Below, piece by piece: positions 9,035 to 17,742 of a DNA stretch of 29,036 bases; the stretch's first letter is position 1, and each line of letters starts with the position of its first letter. The stretch lies in assembly GCA_017621015.1 (NCBI GenBank), contig JAGAUC010000004.1:1-29036 (forward strand). Reading direction: 5' to 3'. A program made the translations under genes and the position numbers. The notes under the pieces are model-generated. The model was not told the origin of the DNA. It saw only the letters and a program-made list of their open reading frames with translations, and ran no database searches. Origin of the DNA: Clostridia bacterium. Its GTDB lineage: Bacteria; Bacillota; Clostridia; Oscillospirales; CAG-272.

Positions 9035-12000
9035 ATGTATCATCAGAACGAAACGGACGAAACCCTGGTCATGCTCACGCTCGCAGGCGAGCAGACAGCA
9101 TACGAGGTCCTGGTGAAGCGGTATCAGAGTGCTGTCATTTCCTCGGCAATTTCGGTTACCAAAAGCCGCTTTATGGCAGAGGACGCCGCACAGGATGCCT
9201 TTGTCACGGCGTGGATGAAGCTCAACACGCTCGCAGAGCCGAAAAAGTACGGCGCGTGGGTGTGTCGCATCGCCAAAAACTGTGCCATCAATATGATCAG
9301 CCGATACCGTAGCTTTCTTCCACTTGACGTTGTGGACAATCTGAATCTTACCGACGGCGGTGCCGAAAATCCTGCGGAGCTGTATGCGCTGTCCGAGGAG
9401 CAGGATGAGGTAAACAAAAGCATGGAGCTGCTGCCCGAACGCGTGCGGCAGATTATCCATCTGCATTATTTTGAGGATCTTTCCATCGCGGAGATCGCCG
9501 ACCGCATGCGCCTTTCCGAGGGCACGGTCAAGTGGCAGCTTCACGATGGAAGGAAGCGAATACGAAAGGAGCTTTGCGCGATGAACGAAAAGTACAGCGA
9601 TACGCTTGTTGAGCGCGTTATGAAAAAGGTTGAGGAGCTGAAGCTGTGGCAGCTCAAAAACGATAAGAGCGGCTTTGAAAAGGTATATAAGGAGGTGCTC
9701 CGCGAGGTAGAGGAGCTTCCCGAATGCACGAAAAAGAAGCACGCGCTGGCTGACGTGCTGATGCGCGGCTGGTGGTGGCTTCCGGGGGCCAAGAACGATG
9801 CTCTCTTTGCCCGTATTGCCGACGCCGCTACCGACGGCAAAAACGAGGAGGTTATGACCTTTATCGTTACCCGTGAGGATTCCAAGGTCTACGGCGGAGC
9901 CAAGATCGATTTTATCCGCGACAAGCAGATCCCGCGCCTGGAAAAGATGGGCTTTGTAAAGACCCTCGGCCGCGGATGGTTTTGGCTTGGCTATCATCTG
10001 CTTCAAGAGGGAAAAGCCGAGGAAGGGAACGCGGCCTTTCACAAGGTGGAAGAGATCCTTGCGAAGGAGGATGCCTACCGCCTTCTTGTGCCTTATGTGA
10101 GAAAAATGCAAGACGAACTGTCCGCCCGTTATAAGGGAACAGTGAAGGAACACTATCGCATTGGCGGAACTGCGGAGGAATACCGATGGATCGACGGAAG
10201 GCTTCGCTATTGGTCAAACAAGGGATTTGGTGAAGGATGGCTTGGTTCGATCAATTTCCGCAGTGCAGATATTTTCCAAAACGCTTCAAGCTGTGACGGA
10301 TACTTCTTTGCCGATGTGTCGCTTGGAGAAAGCTTTGTCGGATCGGACGGCAGCACGCTTACCTATGTGGCCGATAACGTGGCGGTGGATACGCCGGCCG
10401 GAAGATTTGAGGACTGTGCCGTTTGGGAGATCCGACGCTGGACGGAAGACGAAAAAATTGTATGTCGAACCTATTATAAGGATGGCGTGGGCATTGTCCG
10501 CCAGGATCACACGAATGACGGAGTAACCGATATCCATACGCTCTGCCAATATGAGATCAAGGGTGGAAACGGACTTCTTCCCATGTTTATGGGCAACTCC
10601 TGGGAGTATGCTTCGGATTATTCTCCCGACGTGATATCGCAGGAGCTTACGTTCACGGTTTCCGTTGCCGACGGGGAGCAGATCATCCTTTGCTCATGGG
10701 AAAATACCGAGCGGCGCGGCTATGACCAAAGCTCCTGGGCGGATACGGTACAGGAGATCGCCAACGAATACTGTCACTCGAAAGCCAACGGTAACGAGGA
10801 GATATGTGACGTATATCCTGCCATCGAGCGTGCCGAGCGGTTGGCGAAAACGCCGATGGAAAGGGCGCACACAAAGGCGGCGGCCTCGGTGGCAAGAAGG
10901 ATCCTGGAAACCGATGCGACCTTCAATCCCGACCATACCGCCACGGGACATTGGAACTTCTTTTGCAGAAATTACATTCGCAAGAAAAAAGACTCGTTGT
11001 GTCTCACGGGGTACAATCATCGATGGTCTTTTGAGTGGAAGAGCACCGGAAGCATTGGCTCTGCAGGAAACCCAATTTTGTATAACGACGTTCTGGATAT
11101 TTTGCAGGATGCCGCAAATTGCATTTGGTCGGACGAGTGGCGTGTAGGTGCGTCTCCGCTTGTAGAATATTCGATGTATGACAGTACGGTCAAAACGCAG
11201 ATCGTCTGCGAGGACGGCGGAACGGTTACCACCAAAGCAGGTACTTTTGAGAATTGTCTTAAGCTTTGTTTGGATATTGGCGGAATGACAGACGGCGTTT
11301 CCTATCGCGGAGGCAAGAAGGTCTACTATTTTGCCGAGGGTATCGGCATCGTCCGTACCGAAAACGAATATTGCGGCGGTGCGAAAATCGGTGTTTACGA
11401 GCTGACGTCCTATGAGGGCACGGGCGAAGGTTTTATGCCTGCCGCAGACGGCCTTGTGCGCCGCTACGATGCCATTGGGCTTACCGACGGTTATGTGGGG
11501 GCGGTAGAATACACCTACGTGGCCGACGAGGACGGAGATATCGTAGTATTTGCCGATCGCACAGGTATTCGCGTTCTTCCACCACCCATAACCCAATACA
11601 GCTCGATTCACGGTGAAACCGTGGAGGAGCGCTTGTGGGAGGAGGGCAAATGGAAGGAATCCCATGCAAGAAACGGGGCAAACAACTTCCAGCTGATCCT
11701 GCATCTTCTCGCGCGTCCGAGCCGCAATCGCCAAAACGCCAAGCGGTCGATCGAGATCAACGGCTTTGATCTGGATCTGATCGGGATCCTCAGCGAAAAC
11801 GGAGAGATTCCCCCTGCTTTTTATGGCCTTTATGCCTGGAGAGCCGCAATCAAGGCGGCGGGATTGTTTGGTGACAAGCAAAACGAGGAGGGATATGCTT
11901 GCCTTGAGACGGCGGTAAGTACCTGCGAGAAAATAGCCGCGTTTCAAAAGGGCGACCTTCTGGATACGGGTAAGAAGGAGCTTTTTGGCGGTGTTACGTA

Positions 12001-12202
12001 TGAATACGGCAAGGGCGTGATCCGACTTTCCGACGGCTCCCGAGAGCCGATCGATTATGAATGGGAAATGGATTATAACGCAAGTAAGCTTTTGTATTCA
12101 TTGACCGCCCCCCGCGGCTGGGAATGGTTCAATTCCGTGCGGAATGAGGATCGATTCAAGCAATACGTGGAACGCGTACGAAAAATGACCGATAAGAAAT
12201 AA
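9035..12202 (+). CDS. ECF sigma factor with ~870-aa soluble C-terminal extension (helical repeats plus duplicated beta domain)
   Basis: SD AAAGGAG before ATG 9035; sigma2 (AEDAAQDAFVTAW, YGAWVCRIAKN) and sigma4 (LHYFEDLSIAEIA...GTVKWQLHDGR) in the first ~180 aa; no TM segment seen. Confidence 0.85.
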   Translation: MYHQNETDETLVMLTLAGEQTAYEVLVKRYQSAVISSAISVTKSRFMAEDAAQDAFVTAWMKLNTLAEPKKYGAWVCRIAKNCAINMISRYRSFLPLDVVDNLNLTDGGAENPAELYALSEEQDEVNKSMELLPERVRQIIHLHYFEDLSIAEIADRMRLSEGTVKWQLHDGRKRIRKELCAMNEKYSDTLVERVMKKVEELKLWQLKNDKSGFEKVYKEVLREVEELPECTKKKHALADVLMRGWWWLPGAKNDALFARIADAATDGKNEEVMTFIVTREDSKVYGGAKIDFIRDKQIPRLEKMGFVKTLGRGWFWLGYHLLQEGKAEEGNAAFHKVEEILAKEDAYRLLVPYVRKMQDELSARYKGTVKEHYRIGGTAEEYRWIDGRLRYWSNKGFGEGWLGSINFRSADIFQNASSCDGYFFADVSLGESFVGSDGSTLTYVADNVAVDTPAGRFEDCAVWEIRRWTEDEKIVCRTYYKDGVGIVRQDHTNDGVTDIHTLCQYEIKGGNGLLPMFMGNSWEYASDYSPDVISQELTFTVSVADGEQIILCSWENTERRGYDQSSWADTVQEIANEYCHSKANGNEEICDVYPAIERAERLAKTPMERAHTKAAASVARRILETDATFNPDHTATGHWNFFCRNYIRKKKDSLCLTGYNHRWSFEWKSTGSIGSAGNPILYNDVLDILQDAANCIWSDEWRVGASPLVEYSMYDSTVKTQIVCEDGGTVTTKAGTFENCLKLCLDIGGMTDGVSYRGGKKVYYFAEGIGIVRTENEYCGGAKIGVYELTSYEGTGEGFMPAADGLVRRYDAIGLTDGYVGAVEYTYVADEDGDIVVFADRTGIRVLPPPITQYSSIHGETVEERLWEEGKWKESHARNGANNFQLILHLLARPSRNRQNAKRSIEINGFDLDLIGILSENGEIPPAFYGLYAWRAAIKAAGLFGDKQNEEGYACLETAVSTCEKIAAFQKGDLLDTGKKELFGGVTYEYGKGVIRLSDGSREPIDYEWEMDYNASKLLYSLTAPRGWEWFNSVRNEDRFKQYVERVRKMTDKK

Positions 12203-12211
12203 CTCAAAACC

Positions 12212-12245
12212 GCCGAGGGCGGCCATTCGGCCGCCCTCGGCTTTT
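12212..12245 (+). terminator. Intrinsic terminator after the ECF gene
   Basis: 13-bp stem GCCGAGGGCGGCC-ATTC-GGCCGCCCTCGGC then TTTT. Confidence 0.85.
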
Positions 12246-12262
12246 GCGTCGACACAGGGGAC

Positions 12263-12291
12263 TTGACTTTCGTGTAAAAGTATAGTATAAT
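12263..12291 (+). promoter_or_regulatory. sigmaA promoter for the sugar kinase and topB
   Basis: TTGACT-N17-TATAAT. Confidence 0.8.
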
Positions 12292-12321
12292 AATTAGAGT
12301 TATCAGAAAGGATGGCTTTTT

Positions 12322-13341
12322 ATGGAATTCGTTTGCTTTGGAGAAATTATGGGACGGCTGAACCCGGCGGGCTACGGCCGCCTTGTGCAGTCAAGCGAGC
12401 TTGAGATCAGCTACGGCGGGGGCGAGGCTAACGTTGCCGTTTCGCTTGCCAATTTCGGAAAAAAGGCTGTATATGTCACCAAGGTTCCCGATAATGAGCT
12501 GTCCGGGTCGGCGCTGAACGCCCTTAAGGTACATAACGTGGATGTTTCACGTGTGGTATACGGCGGTGATCGCTTGGGACTGTATTTCATCGAAAAAGGC
12601 GCCTCACAGCGTCCCTCCAAGGTGATCTATGACCGCAAATATTCCTCGATCTCCATGGCGGAGAAGGAGGACTTTGACTGGCGAAAGATCTTTGCCAATG
12701 CTGAGTGGTTTCATTTTACAGGTATTACACCGGCGCTGAGCGACACCTGCGCGGAGATCTGCCTTGAGGCCTGCCGCGTAGCCAAGGAGCTTGGCATCAC
12801 CGTAAGCTGCGACCTCAATTTCCGCAAAAATCTCTGGGACAGCAAAAAGGCAGGACAGGTCATGTCTATGCTGATGCCGTACGTGGATGTGGCGATTGCC
12901 AACGAGGAGGATTGCGAGAAGGTGTTTGGTATTCAGGCTGAGGATACCGATGTAGAGGGCGGCGCGCTTTCGATGGAAGGATATAAGGCGGTTGCCAAAA
13001 CGCTTTCCGAGCGCTTTGCCATTCCCACGGTCGCTATCACTCTAAGAGAAAGCCTTTCGGCCAACGACAACCTTTGGGCGGCCATGCTTTACAATCACGG
13101 AGAATACTTCTTCTCCAAAAAATACACGCTTCACATCGTGGATCGCGTCGGCGGTGGCGATAGCTTTGGCGGCGGTTTGATTTACGCTCTTTCTGAGGGA
13201 AAGGGCAACCAGTATGCCATTGATTTTGCGGTGGCATCCTCGGCGCTCAAGCACACGGTGGAGTACGATTTCAACGAGGTTTCGATTGCCGAGATCGAGG
13301 CGCTGATGGGCGGCGACGGCTCGGGCAGAGTACAAAGATAA
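12322..13341 (+). CDS. kdgK: PfkB-family sugar kinase, 2-keto-3-deoxygluconate kinase-like
   Basis: GGGEANVAVSLA, VIYDRKYS, CDLNFR, IVDRVGGGDSFGGG, VSGRVQR-like C-terminus (GSGRVQR). Confidence 0.85.
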   Translation: MEFVCFGEIMGRLNPAGYGRLVQSSELEISYGGGEANVAVSLANFGKKAVYVTKVPDNELSGSALNALKVHNVDVSRVVYGGDRLGLYFIEKGASQRPSKVIYDRKYSSISMAEKEDFDWRKIFANAEWFHFTGITPALSDTCAEICLEACRVAKELGITVSCDLNFRKNLWDSKKAGQVMSMLMPYVDVAIANEEDCEKVFGIQAEDTDVEGGALSMEGYKAVAKTLSERFAIPTVAITLRESLSANDNLWAAMLYNHGEYFFSKKYTLHIVDRVGGGDSFGGGLIYALSEGKGNQYAIDFAVASSALKHTVEYDFNEVSIAEIEALMGGDGSGRVQR

Positions 13342-13416
13342 CAGAGAGCGGCGCGCTTGCGATTTTGGGAGCAAGATGCGCCGTCTGTCTCATAAGATAC
13401 ATTTTGTGGAGAAGAT

Positions 13417-15663
13417 ATGATTTTAATTGTAGCGGAAAAGCCGAGTCTCGGTCGCAACATTGCCGGAAGCATTGGCAATATGACCGCAAGGAGCGGCTAT
13501 ATGGAGGGAAACGGATATATCGTAACGTGGGCGTTTGGTCACCTTTTTTCGCTTGCCGATATTGAGGAATACAGCCCCTCGCCGCGCGAGGATCGGCGTT
13601 GGACCATGGACAACCTGCCGTGCTTCCCGAAGGAGTTCCGCTTTGAGCTGCGAAAGGGAAGTGACAAAAAGGTGGACAGCGGCGTGGTCAAGCAGTTTGA
13701 ACTCATCCGCACGCTTTGCAACCGCGACGACGTGGACACCATTGTCAACGCAGGAGACGCCGACCGTGAGGGGGAGATCATTGTTCGCCTTTGTGTCAAG
13801 CACGCGCTGAAGGAGCAAAAGGCCTTCAAGCGGCTTTGGTTGCCCGACCAGACCCCAGAGACCATTCGCAAGGCACTTTCCGAAATGAAGGACGAGAGCG
13901 AGTATGAGAGCCTTGCCAACGAAGGCTTGGCGCGCACGTATATCGACTGGCTTTACGGTGTCAACCTGACACGTTATGCCACGCTCAAAACCGGCACGCT
14001 TTTGCGTGTGGGACGTGTCATCATTCCCATTGTGAAGGCCATTTATGATCGCGATATGGCCATCCGCTATTTTGTGCCCGGGAAATATTACGCCATCATC
14101 AGCCGCGCCGAAACCGGCGGCGAGGTGGTGGAGCTGGTCAGCAAGACGCGCTTTGACAGCGATAAATACGAGCAGGCGCTTGCCTTCTGTAACCGATATA
14201 ACGGCGAGCAGGCCGTTGTAACGTCCATCAAAAAGAAAAAGGACAAGCTGGCACCCGGCAAGCTGTATTCGCTGTCCAAGCTTCAGAACGTGCTGGGTAA
14301 GAAGTATAAGATGTCGATGGCGGAAAGCCTTGAGATCGTGCAAAAGCTTTACGAGGCAGGGTATCTGACCTATCCGCGTACCAACTCCGAGTATCTGGCA
14401 ACGGCGGAAAAGGACAAGATGAAGATCATCATTGCCAACTGCAAAAAGCTGGGCTATCCGGTGGAGTTCAAGGATAAAAAGACCATTTTTGATGACTCCA
14501 AGATCGAGTCGCACTCGGCGCTGACGCCGACCTACAAGATCCCCGACAAGAGCCGCCTGAGCGAGCGTGAGATGCAAGTGTATTCCACGGTGTTCCGCCG
14601 CTTTATCGCGGTGTTCTGCGCCGAGGAATGCGTGGTGGAGAGATCCGAGATCACCATTTCGGTGGGCGAGCTTGAGGAGTTCCTTTTGAAGGGAACGGTG
14701 ATCGTGGAGCCGGGCTGGACAAGGTTTGACGACAACGCGCAAAAGGACAAGCTCCTGCCAAAGCTAAACAAGGGCGACATTGTTAATACCGACTTTAAGC
14801 CGGTGGAAAAGGAGACCACACCGCCCAAGCATTACACCATCGAAACGCTCAACAATTATCTGAAAAACCCCTTCCGCGAGGAAAAAAAGAAGGCCGAAGA
14901 AAAGGGAGCGGACGAGAACACCGAGGTGGATGACACCGAGGACTACAAGGCCATTTTCGAGGGTCTTGAGCTTGGCACCGAGGCTACGCGTACCGGCATC
15001 ATTGACAACGCCCGAAAGAGCGAGTACATTGAACTGAAAAAGGACGTGTATACCATTCTTCCGCGCGGCGAATTTCTCATTGAATCACTCTCGCGCCTGA
15101 AGATCAATATGGACAAGTATAAGACCTCGGAGCTGGGTCAGGCACTCAAAAAGGTTTACCGCGGAGCCATCACGGTTGAGGACAGCGTGCAGCTGGCACA
15201 GGCCGAGATTCAAACGGTTTTTGATAAAAAGAATGTATCTATTGAGACAGACGATGATACGGGATGCTTCGGAGACCTTATCGGAAAATGTCCGCTTTGC
15301 GGCAAGGACGTCGTGCGCGGCCGCTTTTCCTATGGCTGCCGTGGCTATAAGGAGGGGTGCGACTTCAAGGTCAATCTCTACATTTGCGAGCGCGCAATTT
15401 CGGTTGCCAATATGAGATCGCTTTTGGAAAAGGGAAGCACCGATAAGATCGTGGGCTTTCGCTCCAAGCGAACGGGAAAGACCTTTGACGCAAGCCTGAG
15501 GCTGGAGGACGGCAAGGCGAATTTTGTATTTGAGGATTCGCCCAACCGCGGACAAGGTCGCGGCGGCGCGCCTTTCGGCTACATGGAAGCACCGCCCGAA
15601 ATGGCACCGCTTCCCGAAGACCCGCCACCCGCTGTCGCGCACAAGCCGGTACCGCTCGCGTGA
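13417..15663 (+). CDS. topB: Type IA DNA topoisomerase (topoisomerase III-like) with C-terminal Zn-ribbon; last ~13 codons of foreign origin
   Basis: TOPRIM LIVAEKPS and DADREG; active-site GYLTYPRT; GTEATR; CPLCG...C...C domain. Confidence 0.9.
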   Translation: MILIVAEKPSLGRNIAGSIGNMTARSGYMEGNGYIVTWAFGHLFSLADIEEYSPSPREDRRWTMDNLPCFPKEFRFELRKGSDKKVDSGVVKQFELIRTLCNRDDVDTIVNAGDADREGEIIVRLCVKHALKEQKAFKRLWLPDQTPETIRKALSEMKDESEYESLANEGLARTYIDWLYGVNLTRYATLKTGTLLRVGRVIIPIVKAIYDRDMAIRYFVPGKYYAIISRAETGGEVVELVSKTRFDSDKYEQALAFCNRYNGEQAVVTSIKKKKDKLAPGKLYSLSKLQNVLGKKYKMSMAESLEIVQKLYEAGYLTYPRTNSEYLATAEKDKMKIIIANCKKLGYPVEFKDKKTIFDDSKIESHSALTPTYKIPDKSRLSEREMQVYSTVFRRFIAVFCAEECVVERSEITISVGELEEFLLKGTVIVEPGWTRFDDNAQKDKLLPKLNKGDIVNTDFKPVEKETTPPKHYTIETLNNYLKNPFREEKKKAEEKGADENTEVDDTEDYKAIFEGLELGTEATRTGIIDNARKSEYIELKKDVYTILPRGEFLIESLSRLKINMDKYKTSELGQALKKVYRGAITVEDSVQLAQAEIQTVFDKKNVSIETDDDTGCFGDLIGKCPLCGKDVVRGRFSYGCRGYKEGCDFKVNLYICERAISVANMRSLLEKGSTDKIVGFRSKRTGKTFDASLRLEDGKANFVFEDSPNRGQGRGGAPFGYMEAPPEMAPLPEDPPPAVAHKPVPLA

Positions 15664-15699
15664 CCGCGCCGCCGCCAAAAAGTCCATTTTTTCTTTCAT
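15622..15699 (-). pseudogene. 5' remnant (~26 codons) of an ImmA/IrrE metallopeptidase gene
   Basis: MKEKMDFLAAARSRERYRLVRDSGWR versus MKDKNQNSAEAVQSRERYKLVRDNAWR at 21595; 14 identical nt GCTTGTGCGCGACA; SD GGAGGTGA retained. Confidence 0.85.
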
Positions 15700-15704
15700 A
15701 ATAA

Positions 15705-15749
15705 TCACCTCCGTGGTTCTATCCTAACAGACCACGGCGGTTTATACAA
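15705..15749 (-). promoter_or_regulatory. immA-type promoter with palindrome, copy A
   Basis: TTGTAT-N17-TAGGAT (TG extension); arms 15707-15717 and 15731-15741; SD at 15705-15712. Confidence 0.7.
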
Positions 15750-15825
15750 TATTTTTTCCAAAGGGAAGAAAACAACACCCCACAAATAAAGCCAAAAGCA
15801 TACCGCGAAAGGAAGCATAAACTTT

Positions 15826-16374
15826 ATGAGAACAAGCATCTCAAGATCTCTTGTGGCACTGGCCCTTGCATTTTCCTTGTTGCCACTGTCCGCTTGTACC
15901 AAAGAACCTATCACGCCGCCCGAACAGGAGAAGGAAGAGGAAATCACACTGGCAGCATCTAATGCGAGAGATTATATAGGTGTAAATTTTTCCTTCGGAG
16001 AACTTTCAAAAATGAGTAGTGAAAGTTCAGAAAAGGAAAGAATTTCTTGTATTGCTTATATAGAGGTTTTTCCTATCGGCGAATATCGATTCAAATCTAC
16101 AAAAGTTGTTCTTACCATGGAGCAGTCTTTTTTAGGAGATTACACATTGATGAGGGGGTTGGAGTGGCTCCCGGAAGAAAAGAGGGTGACATTAACTCTT
16201 GACAAAAATGGTTACGGAAGTGCTTGTTTATATTTGCACCGTGAATACTCAAAAAACGAGGAAGATGTATTTGACCCTTTTATGTTTCCAAAACGACTTC
16301 GCCATCCATCTGAAGCGGGCACGTGGTCGGTCAAGATCAGCGCAGCTTCTGGAACGGTTATAGAAAACAAGTGA
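15826..16374 (+). CDS. Lipoprotein of unknown function (prophage cargo)
   Basis: Signal peptide II with lipobox LSAC (Cys24); body visibly more AT-rich than host genes. Confidence 0.75.
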   Translation: MRTSISRSLVALALAFSLLPLSACTKEPITPPEQEKEEEITLAASNARDYIGVNFSFGELSKMSSESSEKERISCIAYIEVFPIGEYRFKSTKVVLTMEQSFLGDYTLMRGLEWLPEEKRVTLTLDKNGYGSACLYLHREYSKNEEDVFDPFMFPKRLRHPSEAGTWSVKISAASGTVIENK

Positions 16375-17717
16375 AAACGACATTTATCTTTCGCAAGTAC
16401 ATTTCTTTCCTTTTTGTCCTTCTCGGCATTTTTCTCCTCACCCCTCCAGCAAACGCCCACGCCGGTAAGACCGACGCAAGCGGCGGACATTACGATCAAG
16501 ACAGCGGTACGTACCACTACCACCATGGCTACCCGGCACATCAGCACATAGGTGGGCAATGCCCCTATGATTTTGATGATAAAACAGGGCAATCCTCCGG
16601 CTCGCCAAGCACAGCCACCAAGGAGACCACCACTTTCACGCCAACGCCAATCGCTCCGCCAAGTTCGGTCGAAACCCTCCCGGACGACGAAGCCTTTTTA
16701 GACAGCGAAACCTCTCAGATCAGCGAGAGTGCTTTAGCTACGCGCCCCTCGAGCCCTGGCGGTTATTCCGGAAATAGCGGCTCCGGCGGCGGATATTCGG
16801 GAAGTCATTTCTCACCAAGCCGCACCGGCTCCGACGATTTTTCCGAGGCTTTCACGTGGTTGTTTATCCTTGCCATTGTCATCGGAGTGATCGCCATGAT
16901 CGCATCCTCCGTCAAGAACCAAGCGGAAGCTGAGGAGCGCCGCGCACGAGAGCAGGCACAAATTGCACAAGCAGAAAAAGCCCGAATGGAGAAGCAAAAA
17001 GCCCTTCGAGAGGAACAAGAAAGACGCCAAAGGGAAGCCGCCGCCCGTGCAGAGCGAGAGCAAGAGGAGAAGATCCGCGAGTTGCATAACGCGTACGACG
17101 GCAAACACATTCTCCATTTTGTAGACATCCCCAAGGGCTCGGAAATGAACCTTGACGGTCTGCCGCGTGAGATCGGTGCCGCTTCAGAATGGGGTGACAA
17201 GTACACCTTCTATGTCACCAAGGACGGAACAAGCTTTCACACAAAAAGCTGCTATTATGCCCGTTACGGGCGTGCAACTCACGCCCTCCGCGTCGGTACA
17301 GACCGCCACCCCTGCAAGCTATGCGGGGCAACGCTCCCGCCGCTTGAATGGGCAATCGAATACCGAAGGATTCAAAGCCTCGCCGCTGCATATGACCTTA
17401 ACGTGGATTTCACACCGCCGCCGACCTGGTACCCGCCCTTCGTTATACGCGCCGACCGTACGGTTCTCTCAAAAGGCTTTATTACAAGCCTCGATCCCGC
17501 CCGCGTAAAACGCGCGACTGAGGAGATTTTCACAATAACCGAGCACTCAGACGGTAGAAGTGCCGACGTGTCGCCCAAGGACAAGATGGATAGCTACACA
17601 ACAACACTCACCCGGTGCGCGTGCCCGGACAATTCGATCCGCCACGCCACCTGCAAGCACATGATCGCTCTTGCTATTCACCGAGGCTTACTTGAGATCA
17701 AGCAAAGCAAGCTCTAA
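16371..17717 (+). CDS. Single-pass membrane protein: YHYH domain, TM, coiled coil, Ada-like Zn ribbon and SWIM Zn finger
   Basis: GTG 16371 overlaps the upstream TGA; signal peptide; HAGKTDASGGH...YHYHHG; TM WLFILAIVIGVIAMIA; FHTKSC...PCKLCG; CACPD-x7-CKH. Confidence 0.75.
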   Translation: MKTTFIFRKYISFLFVLLGIFLLTPPANAHAGKTDASGGHYDQDSGTYHYHHGYPAHQHIGGQCPYDFDDKTGQSSGSPSTATKETTTFTPTPIAPPSSVETLPDDEAFLDSETSQISESALATRPSSPGGYSGNSGSGGGYSGSHFSPSRTGSDDFSEAFTWLFILAIVIGVIAMIASSVKNQAEAEERRAREQAQIAQAEKARMEKQKALREEQERRQREAAARAEREQEEKIRELHNAYDGKHILHFVDIPKGSEMNLDGLPREIGAASEWGDKYTFYVTKDGTSFHTKSCYYARYGRATHALRVGTDRHPCKLCGATLPPLEWAIEYRRIQSLAAAYDLNVDFTPPPTWYPPFVIRADRTVLSKGFITSLDPARVKRATEEIFTITEHSDGRSADVSPKDKMDSYTTTLTRCACPDNSIRHATCKHMIALAIHRGLLEIKQSKL

Positions 17718-17742
17718 AACCAATCCGTAGAAAGGACCCCAC

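Noticed and set aside
10694-11947. 417-aa minus-strand ORF (also 8993-10153)
   Set aside because: Antisense shadow of the ECF gene; no SD or recognisable motifs.
13423-14742. 439-aa minus-strand ORF
   Set aside because: Antisense shadow of topB, expected from codon bias.
15085-15621. Remainder of the 207-aa minus-strand ORF 15085-15708 as a functional protein
   Set aside because: Only the first ~26 codons resemble ImmA; the rest is topB antisense with no HExxH motif.
15664-15825. Second att core bounding the defective element
   Set aside because: No tRNA-Gly 3' fragment found; the boundary looks like a deletion junction in topB.
16600-16830. Low-complexity GGCTCC/GGCGG-rich stretch as a DNA repeat element
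   Set aside because: Explained by the Ser/Gly/Pro/Thr linker coding of the YHYH protein.
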